From assembly GCA_905178155.1 (NCBI GenBank), contig CAJINV010000111.1, forward strand, positions 1 through 6,400: a DNA stretch of 6,400 nt, written 5' to 3'. The DNA is from Amoebophrya sp. A120 (Eukaryota; Protista; Dinoflagellata). The position numbers were made by a program, and so were the translations under genes. The notes beneath the pieces are model-generated. The model did not search any database and was not told where the DNA came from. It saw only the letters and a list, made by a program, of their open reading frames with translations. This document shows, one piece after another, positions 1 to 6,400 of this stretch. Numbering within the stretch: position 1 is the first letter of the stretch; every line of letters begins with the position of its first letter.

Positions 1-143
1 TGCTGGGAGCGTCAGTGCTGCTGGGAGCGTCAGTGCTGCTGGGAGCGTCAGTGGTGCTGGGAGCGTCAGTGCTGCTGGGAGCGTCAGTGCTGCTAGGAGC
101 GTCAGTGCTGCTGGGAGCGTCAGTGCTGGGAGCGTCAGTGCTG
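1..143. repeat. 18-bp coding tandem repeat GTGCTGCTGGGAGCGTCA, about 8 copies, the last shortened to 15 bp; encodes STDAPS on the minus strand
   Basis: Directly visible; truncated by the window edge. Confidence 0.95.
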
Positions 144-710
144 GAGGTGTCTGGAGCCTCAGTTGCAGGCTCATCAGGATCATGGTCAGGGTCGTTCTCC
201 GCGTTCACGATGTCGTCGTAGTGATCGTCGTTTCGGTCCATCCCGTTCTCACCAAAGTAATGCTTGTACTCTGCCTCCGACACCTCTCCGTCGTCATTCC
301 TGTCAACGAGATCGAAGCGCTCGTCTCCCGCCTCTCCGGGGCCGTCTCCGCTGTGTCCAAAAATCCCACTCTCAATATGCTCCCCCCAACTAAAACTGTT
401 CGGAGTAAAAACCTCGTCGGGTTGGAGTTTTCCGTCGTGGTTGTCGTCCAACTTGTCGAAGGGTACTGACCCCACCCCCTGTGGGTCTTTGCCGAGAGCA
501 AAGACACCCTGGCCGGCGGCGATTCCGGGCGCATTTTCCGGCAAAACGTTTTCATCCACATCTCCGCCGGTTTCCTGCTCGTACCCGCTGCGCACCGTGT
601 CCTGCCAGAAGTCAAAACCCTTGTCCGGCGGCGGGTCCGCGAACGCCGGAAACATGTCGTCCTTCTTGTCGATCCCGTCCGGTCCGAAAACTTCGTTTAG
701 TTCTTGCTTG
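1..710 (-). CDS. Last visible exon: KQELNEVFGPDG...FDKLDDNHDGKLQPDEV...FDLVDRNDDGEVSEAEY...(STDAPS)n, running off the window
   Basis: Open frame read by hand. It is absent from the ORF track, probably because it has no stop in the window. Contains two canonical EF-hand loops. Confidence 0.9.
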
Positions 711-3700
711 GTAACTATCACGGGCAAATGTGTCTGGGTCTGGAAAAATAAATGCAAGATCTGCGATGCATCTTGCGGACGACATGCATGGTCTGAAATG
801 CACACAGAAGCATCACAGATTTTGCGACACCTTCCTCATGCCTATGCCACATGACAAATGCGCCTTTCGCCAACTAAAAAGTTGGTAGCTTTAGGCGATC
901 ACGCAATACAGATTTTCTTGCGATCGAGATTTGTTCGCATGACAAGCTGCCACCTTCCAGACCCAGGCATATTTGCAATGCATAGTAACGAGCCCGTCGT
1001 GGTTTTCATCCACTAGGTTGAACCGCTTCTGGATCACTTCTGGATCCGTTTGGGCGTTTCCGAAAATCGTCGGCGGCGGGCCACCGGCGGGCGCGGACCG
1101 GGTCGCCTCCTCGATGGAGATGGCAGGCACGGCTTCCTTGCCATCTCCCGCGATGTCATTCTTGTCTATGGCGTGCATCTCGTCAAACGTGACATGGCCG
1201 TCCGAGACCTTGTGATCGTGTCCTTGCACAACGAGACCCCATGTAGCCTTCTGATGCTCTGTCAGATCCGGAGGCGTATGCACTGCAAAAGTGTCTGGGT
1301 CTGGAAGTTTGGAACTTGTGATGCTACCCTTGGACTCTGCATAAAATCTGTATAGCATGAACAGCAAAGGAGGCGCGATCTGTGCCACACGGAGAGGGCA
1401 TTTCTCATGCGTCATGAGCATCAGAAAGCCCTCGCAGAATTTCTGATGCTAGGGCACGCATCACAGACCTCATGGGTCATGCAAAATCTGCATGACAAAC
1501 TCTTGCATTCTTCCAGACCCAGACATTTCTACATTTGATAAGGCGACATCTCGCCGTCGTCTTGATTAGACGGAAGCGGCATCCTATGCAAGAAAAAAAG
1601 GAGCGCCAGTACACTCATACATTTTTATGACATTTCGGCAAGAACTTCTCAAACTTGCTCTGCATGAGCATGATCTGCAACGCAGGGACGATATGAATAT
1701 GGCAAGAAAACGTCGTCGCACATCGGGAAACATGGGGGGGGGAGCAGGCTCCGCCCAAGCATTTCCGGCATGAGATAGAGTTTGTCCTCTGTCCTGCTTG
1801 TGCTTGCCTTGTAGCGCAACATCACAATGTGTACCTGCAACACGACTTTTTTCTTTGCATACATGTCCCCCGGGTTGTCGTTGTCCCCGCCTGACCCAAA
1901 CGGGTATGGAACTGTCAGGATTGAAATTAACAGAGTTGAAATAGTTTGTGATGCATAAAATCTATACCAGTTGGGCCCACAGTTTCCAATCGACGCACGA
2001 CAAATTTTCCTGGTCTCTGAAGCAAGTCTGTCATGCTGTTGAGGGCAAGATGGCTGCTCCCTGTCATGCTAGTCAGCCGCCCAATTCTTGACCCTTACCA
2101 GCACTAGAATCTGCCTCCCGCCTTGCGCCTTCTGCAATAGAGTCACGTCAGTCTTTGTGTCGCAGTTTATGCATGACAAATCATTTCAAATTTGTCGATT
2201 TCGAACCTGACACATCCATAACGGGGGGTCGAGTTTTATGACAACATCGCCGCGCCGGTTCACATCATAGTTCTCGTTATCGACCTGCACCTGGCCTGAT
2301 GGGTTGTCATTCGGTTCAGCGAGGTCGCCGGTCCGGTCCTCCAGAGTATCCAGGTGAATTTCCCCCGGTTTGTGATCCGACCCCTCCAGCTTGACGAGCT
2401 TGTCCCAGAGGGCGGGACTCCCCTTGAACTCGTCCTTTTGTAACACGCCGTCGGCTATCAAATGCAAATATGGGGTCTGGGTCTGGAAGAATGCATTTTT
2501 TTGTCATGCAACTTTTCGAAGACACAAGAAATAATGGTCTCTGATGCACGTAAAGCATTACAGGTTTTGCGCTGGCCTCTTGATGCCTATTCCGCATGAG
2601 TAATTTCCTATTTGCGTAGCAACAAGCGGACAGCTTTTCCTTTTGGTGCTCATGCAATACAAATTTTTGCCTATTCATATTCTATAATCCGTAGGACAAG
2701 TTCGAATTCTGCCAGAACCTTCAGACATTTTTGCAATGCATATCGCCGTAGTAGGGTCCGTTTGCGTAGTAGGATCCCTTAGCCTTTCCTTCCATGACCG
2801 CTTCAGCCTGGTCCACGCGATTCAGATCATCCGGAATGTTATACATATGCAAAATCAATCGTTCGCTAGTACTAGTGATTACATCTGCATCACAAATATT
2901 CTCACAAATAAGGTAATGCTGTTCAACAACTGTTTGACTTTGTCTTTGATGCAATATTGGAATTTGTACGACGAGTTCGATAGTTTTACAATGGATAAGT
3001 ACATGTCGACTTCATTGTCATCCCCAGCAATTTCGTCGTTCATGTGCATCTCCAGTTTCGCCTGCAGATCTTCTGCGGGGTTCTCGCCTCCGCGCAATCC
3101 CCCCTGTTGCGTACTCGTCTCGGTTCCGCTTTCGAAGTCGTCGGGATACTGAATGGAGTCCAGCTCGGCTTTGGTAATGATAGGGTGTTTATCAACTGTA
3201 AAAGTGTCTGGGTTTGGAAGATTGCCGGCTTTGTCATGCACATTTTGCATGACTCCTCAAGTCTGTGACGCATGCCCTAGCATCACATATTTTTAGAGGG
3301 CTTCCTGATGCCTATTCCGCATGACAAATGCTCTCTCCGTACTGAAAAATTTGGACTCTCTTTGCTGCTCATGCAATACAGATTTTTTTGGAATCCAAAT
3401 TCAGCATCACAAGTTGCATTCTTCCAGACCCAGACATTTTTACATTTGATAGTGTTCCTTCGTGTGATAGTCCGCGTTGTACTTTTCCGCCGGGTATGGA
3501 AGTGTCAGGATCGAAATCAACAAAATCGAAATAATTTGCGATGCGTAAAATGTAGGGCACTGAAGGCCTGTGTTGGGGAGTAGGCAAATGAGACCGATTG
3601 TGAGCCTGTTTAGGGGTATAAAATGTGCTGCCAGAGTAGCATGACAGGAGGAGTCTTCTTTGCCCAAACTGCATGACAGACTGGATTTGGGTGCGCCCGA

Positions 3701-6205
3701 AATTTGTCATGCGCCACTGGGAAACTGAGGCTCCAACAGACATCGATTTTGTGCATCGCAAATTTTTCGATTTTGTCAATTTCGATTCTGACACTTCCAT
3801 ACCGGGTGTATCCTGTGTAAAAACTTCTACGGGGCCTACGCCCTCGAACCAAGATTGGAATTACTGAACAACCCACGTAAATCCAGAAGCTTTGGAAGGT
3901 GAGTCACGCATGACAGCACGAAATTTATTCGCAGTGTTCTCGCTGCAGTGTAGTGTACTTACTAGAGTAGCTGCGAGTACATCATCTTCCGCATTGCAGA
4001 GCCATCTTCTAATCCTGGTGTTTACGGTATCTTCACAAATCCCGAAACACAACGGGTGGAATTATGGCATTTCATCATCAGATGCGCTGCATGTCAACAA
4101 ACCTTTATTCTGTAGAAGTAGGGGCAAATAACGCAAATCTCCACTATACAATTGATTCTGGGCCGCGGCGGGTGTAGCCGTTTTCTACACAGGATAGGGT
4201 TCCAGGTTTCATCATGCCAGGGTACGTCGCCATGCGCTGCGTATGAGAGTGCAAAAACTCGTCTCTGTCCACTTCCTTTCTTGTCATGCAAAACGCCAAA
4301 TCCACACCCAACCGGGCCTTTTGACCACGTGCGCATGACAAGATTCCGACGTGGCCAAAAGCGCCCTTCCGTCTGGACCACGTCGATTTGTGTTCATGCA
4401 AAAGCTCCATCCTTCAACGAGCTGCTCTCGTTGGTAGAAATGGCCTTCAAACCAGGAGCAGAGCGAGGAGTAGTTGTCCGCTATCATACTGCTGTGTTTG
4501 GATCCAAATCTTGTCCGTGGATCTCCTGTATCAACTGCAAATAACTCGTCTGGGTGTGGAACTTATTGTGCCGCTTGTCGAGCCCTTGTTGCATTCCTGT
4601 AAATTACTCTGTACTGCATGTTGACTGAACAACAAGACCGCAGCCACTTTAGCTTCACCTGTCTTGTTTCATCAGAAAGAAAAACGCATAAAAAGCGCTA
4701 GCGCTACTGACGGCGCGACGAGAGCCTTCTAAAACTTCATCTCACGCTTGGCTGCGCTGTCTTCAACTCCTGCTGAAACTGTTTACTGATCCACAATGCT
4801 GCAGCACAACAAGTTTCCAGACCTCCCAGACGTAGCTGCAATGGATATCCTGGTCTATTTTCAAATCGTCATTGATCATGTTTTATCGAGTGCACAAGTA
4901 TTGTACTAGTCGTCCCACTTACTGTCTTCACGCATGACAGATCCCCCTTCTACAAAGCAAAGCCATCAAGTTAAAAATGCAGATTTCATTTTGCAACCCT
5001 GAGAGAAAATTTCCAATTGCAATTCCGACTTCTACTTCATATACGATAGCGATACTTTTGCAATGCATATGTCCTGCAAGGCAGCCTGCTGCAGCGGATT
5101 CATTTTCGCTGGGTCGATCGGCGGATCGTGGTCCGGGTCGAAGGCACCGGGAGGAAATTGCTCCGCCACCTTGTCTATAAACTGCAAATATGACTGGGTC
5201 TGGAACCTTGTGAGGACGCTGGGCTGCGTATTATGAGGGGGGCAAATCAAGTGCTGCCTCAGCGCGACAAGTTTCTGAGCTTCTGGGTGTTCTTGCCTGT
5301 TCTGCATGACAAACTGCGTTTCTGCATGACAGAAAAATGGGCTGGGGCTCTTGGGTAATGTGCATGACAGATTTAAGAATCACACCAGACAAGCATGACG
5401 AACATGCATTCTTCCAGACCCAGACATATTTGCAATGGATATTGTCCATATACTGGTCTTTCTGCATCTCATGAATCGCCTCTTTCGTGATGCCATGTGG
5501 AAACTTCTCTTCAAATTCTTGTTGAGTGACCTGCCACTTGCTGTCGTTTGCATTTTCACCGTTGTCTCCATCGTCGAACCACGCCACAAGATCCTCGTGC
5601 GCACCATCTTCATCACCCGTGAGGCGGAGCGCAAGCTCGGATGGCTCAGTCGTGTCACTGAAGCCCCCTGCTGTGAGCTCGTCAAAGTCTATTCTGCCAT
5701 CAGAAGCCTCGATTTGTTGCATTATGTGATTCATTACGTCCGGATTGTCAAAAGGAAAATCGCCATCGTCTTTCTGTTTCATTTCTTGGCTGACTTTTTT
5801 GGTTTTCCGCGTGCTCAGACGACGGTTTTGCTTTCTTGCTGTGCTGCGTGCTGTAGCCATTTTCCGCCGCCCCTGTTTGTAGTTCTTCTGGCTTTCTCCA
5901 TTTTCGAGCGCGCTACTCGGACCAGAATTTGCAGCTGGACGAAGATATACTTTATCATCATCCACACGACCACCCGAAGTAGAAGAGGAGGTGTCTACTT
6001 TACGGAACTCGTCACTTGCTGCAGCTGATGAACTACTACTTCCGGCACCAGCAGCAGAAGGAGCGCTCTTACTGCTCGACCCAAGAAACAGAAAGCGTTG
6101 GAAGAAATCTCCCAGCCGATCTTTCCAGGATGAGGAAGAAGCAGCTCCTTTTGTTGTTTCATCTCGATCTCGACGACGCTTCTTGTTTTTCCGCTTCCAC
6201 CGACG
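1..6205 (-). CDS. Multi-exon gene, partial at the 3' end: acidic EF-hand calcium-binding-like protein with a C-terminal (STDAPS)n repeat. Inferred exons: 5442-6205, 5070-5170, 4848-4878, 4489-4523, 4197-4236, 3802-3803, 3452-3489, 2998-3184, 2743-2839, 2221-2450, 1862-1899, 1541-1579, 985-1271, 1-710 (boundaries can slide within the 5-bp DRs)
   Basis: Manual removal of the 13 TAT..ATA elements (plus one DR copy for 12 of them) gives 2599 nt (866 codons + 1 nt) with no stop. EF-hand loops: DENHDGLVTKQE (across a junction), DDNHDGKLQPDE, DRNDDGEVSEAE. The start is uncertain because of the TAG at 6206-6208. Confidence 0.85.
716..984. mobile_element. Element 1: introner/MITE-like intron, TIR family A, 269 bp
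   Basis: Ends TATCACGGGCAAATGTGTCTGGGTCTGGAA and TTCCAGACCCAGGCATATTTGCAATGCATA. Perfect DR GTAAC at 711-715 and 985-989. Splits an EF-hand loop. Confidence 0.92.
985..1271 (-). CDS. Exon: PDLTEHQK...RFNLVDENHDGLVT
   Basis: Core of ORF 891..1421, bounded by elements 1 and 2. Joins in frame on both sides. Confidence 0.88.
1277..1540. mobile_element. Element 2: family A, 264 bp, interior inverted relative to elements 1, 5 and 7
   Basis: TIRs with the GTCTGGGTCTGGAA core. Perfect DR AGGCG at 1272-1276 and 1541-1545. Confidence 0.92.
1541..1579 (-). CDS. Short exon: PLPSNQDDGEMSP
   Basis: Lies between elements 2 and 3; in frame with both neighbours. Confidence 0.75.
1585..1861. mobile_element. 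Element 3: family C (TATGCAAGAAAAAA...GTACAC TIR), 277 bp
   Basis: Imperfect TIR of about 30 bp. DR CATCC (1580-1584) / CATGT (1862-1866). Also readable as an in-frame GT-AG intron at 1584-1862. Confidence 0.8.
1862..1899 (-). CDS. Short exon: FGSGGDNDNPGDM
   Basis: Lies between elements 3 and 4; in frame. Confidence 0.75.
1905..2220. mobile_element. Element 4: family B (TATGGAA.TGTCAGGAT.GAAAT TIR), 316 bp
   Basis: Imperfect TIR of about 40 bp. Perfect DR ACGGG at 1900-1904 and 2221-2225. Confidence 0.92.
2221..2450 (-). CDS. Exon: DGVLQKDEF...VIKLDPP
   Basis: Core of ORF 2186..2467, between elements 4 and 5. Confidence 0.85.
2456..2742. mobile_element. Element 5: family A, 287 bp
   Basis: Left TIR intact, right TIR decayed. 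DR TCGGC (2451-2455) / TCGCC (2743-2747). Confidence 0.88.
2743..2839 (-). CDS. Exon: IPDDLNRVDQAE...GPYYG
   Basis: Part of ORF 2721..2954. The upstream boundary is uncertain (2839-2865). Confidence 0.75.
2840..2997. mobile_element. Element 6: short, degenerate, family-A-like, 158 bp
   Basis: TATACATATGCAAAATCAATCG pairs with the reverse complement of the right end, TATCCATTGTAAAACTATCG. No standard flanking DR. The frame requires removal of a length equal to 2 mod 3. Confidence 0.65.
2998..3184 (-). CDS. Exon: PIITKAELDSI...DDNEVDMY
   Basis: Core of ORF 2879..3250, between elements 6 and 7. Confidence 0.82.
3190..3451. mobile_element. Element 7: family A, 262 bp
   Basis: Family A TIRs. 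Perfect DR GTGTT at 3185-3189 and 3452-3456. Confidence 0.92.
3452..3489 (-). CDS. Short exon: AEKYNADYHTKEH
   Basis: Lies between elements 7 and 8; in frame. Confidence 0.75.
3495..3801. mobile_element. Element 8: family B, 307 bp, interior inverted relative to element 4
   Basis: Near-perfect TIR of about 55 bp. Perfect DR CCGGG at 3490-3494 and 3802-3806. Confidence 0.93.
3809..4196. mobile_element. Element 9: family D (TATCCTGTGTA TIR), 388 bp
   Basis: TATCCTGTGTAAAAAC pairs with GTTTTCTACACAGGATA. DR GGGTG (3804-3808) / GGGTT (4197-4201). Confidence 0.87.
4197..4236 (-). CDS. Short exon: AHGDVPWHDETWNP
   Basis: Lies between elements 9 and 10; in frame. Confidence 0.75.
4242..4488. mobile_element. 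Element 10: diverged TIR (TATGA.AG...CTC..CTCTG), 247 bp
   Basis: Imperfect TIR. DR CTGCG (4237-4241) / CTGCT (4489-4493). Removal restores the frame. Confidence 0.82.
4489..4523 (-). CDS. Short exon: EIHGQDLDPNTA
   Basis: Lies between elements 10 and 11; in frame. Confidence 0.75.
4529..4847. mobile_element. Element 11: diverged family A, 319 bp
   Basis: TATCAACTGCA...GTCTGGGTGTGGAA and TTCCAGACCTCCCAGAC...TGCAATGGATA. Perfect DR TCCTG at 4524-4528 and 4848-4852. Confidence 0.9.
4848..4878 (-). CDS. Short exon: MINDDLKIDQ
   Basis: Lies between elements 11 and 12; in frame. Confidence 0.75.
4884..5069. mobile_element. Element 12: short, family-A-like ends, 186 bp
   Basis: TATCGAGTGCACAAGTAT pairs with ATACTTTTGCAATGCATA. 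DR TGTTT (4879-4883) / TGTCC (5070-5074). Confidence 0.8.
5070..5170 (-). CDS. Exon: KVAEQFPPGAFDPDH...QQAALQD
   Basis: Part of ORF 5032..5307, between elements 12 and 13. Confidence 0.82.
5176..5441. mobile_element. Element 13: family A, 266 bp
   Basis: Family A TIRs. Perfect DR TTGTC at 5171-5175 and 5442-5446. Confidence 0.92.
5442..6205 (-). CDS. Large exon: RRWKRKNKK...DGRIDFDEL...QKDQYMD
   Basis: ORF 5231..5965 (GTG start in the track) stays open upstream to the TAG at 6206-6208. The true start is unknown. Confidence 0.75.
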
Positions 6206-6400
6206 CTAAAAATACCCGGACTTGCTGAGCTTCTCATTCAGTATCTGCAGCTGTTTTTCCGCTTCTTTTTCCTGCTTGTTCCCCAGTTCCAAGACCGCGG
6301 AGCCACCTTCGGTGGAGAGATCTTCCGTAGTTGCCGTCGGGGTCGTTGCCGTCGGGGTCGTTGCCGTCGGGGTCGTTGCCGTCGGGGTCGTTGCCGTCGG
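6206..6400 (-). CDS. Coding-like segment (PTATT)n-EDLSTEGG...LSKSGYF*, in the same frame as the downstream exon
   Basis: Open frame from the window edge to TAG 6208-6206. It is either the 3' end of an upstream gene or part of the same gene. Confidence 0.6.
   Translation of the reverse strand, partial: PTATTPTATTPTATTPTATTPTATTEDLSTEGGSAVLELGNKQEKEAEKQLQILNEKLSKSGYF
6330..6400. repeat. 15-bp tandem repeat GTTGCCGTCGGGGTC, about 4.7 copies; encodes PTATT on the minus strand
   Basis: Directly visible; truncated by the window edge. Confidence 0.95.

Noticed and set aside
205-615. Minus-strand ORF of 136 aa
   Set aside because: It is an alternative frame overlapping the EF-hand exon and has no recognisable features.
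15-854. Plus-strand ORFs 15..221, 182..469 and 264..854 (and likewise 5435..6028)
   Set aside because: They are antisense shadows of the minus-strand exons, which carry the recognisable EF-hands.
3308-4624. ORFs inside elements as transposases
   Set aside because: They are short, cross element boundaries and show no DDE or recombinase motif. The elements are too small to be autonomous.
4880-5070. AT-AC (U12-type) reading of element 12
   Set aside because: The 5' end ATATGC lacks the U12 consensus ATATCCTT. The match probably arises from the TAT terminus and the DR by chance.
729-5430. Recurrent GTCTGGGTCTGGAA motif as a CRISPR or REP-type array
   Set aside because: Copies alternate in orientation, lie hundreds of bp apart at irregular spacing and pair up as element ends. 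No cas genes are present.
612-5435. Shared peptides in the ORF track (CKxVWVWK, PDPDTF, FQTQT) as a repeated protein domain
   Set aside because: They are translations of the family A TIR in different frames.
1-6205. Pseudogene destroyed by MITE insertions
   Set aside because: The elements have diverged considerably while the reassembled exons keep an intact frame. This is disfavoured, though not excluded without transcript data.
6206-6221. Tiny GT-AG intron (10 or 16 nt) removing the TAG
   Set aside because: Both lengths are implausibly short and neither is a multiple of 3, so the frame would shift.

Overview
This is a eukaryotic (protist-like) window occupied by one minus-strand gene that the ORF track only shows in fragments. 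The gene is interrupted by 13 insertions of 158-388 bp, about 3.5 kb or 55% of the window. Every insertion starts TAT, ends ATA and has terminal inverted repeats (TIRs). Twelve are flanked by a site-specific 5-bp direct repeat (DR): 7 perfect and 5 with 1-2 mismatches. Removing each element plus one DR copy (158 bp for the atypical element 6) gives a continuous stop-free frame from 6205 to 1, about 866 codons. It encodes an acidic multi-EF-hand protein with a Ser/Thr-rich tandem repeat, and one EF-hand loop is rebuilt across a junction. At least 8 junctions cannot be read as GT/GC/GA-AG within the DR register, and homologous elements occur in both orientations. The elements therefore look like MITE-derived non-canonical introns (introners), resembling those reported in the parasitic dinoflagellate Amoebophrya; DNA-level excision is the alternative. 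Other notable points are a 2-7 nt micro-exon, polarised DR mismatches, an element-restricted GCATGACA motif, and one in-frame TAG at 6206-6208. All splicing is inferred from frame restoration, not from transcript data.
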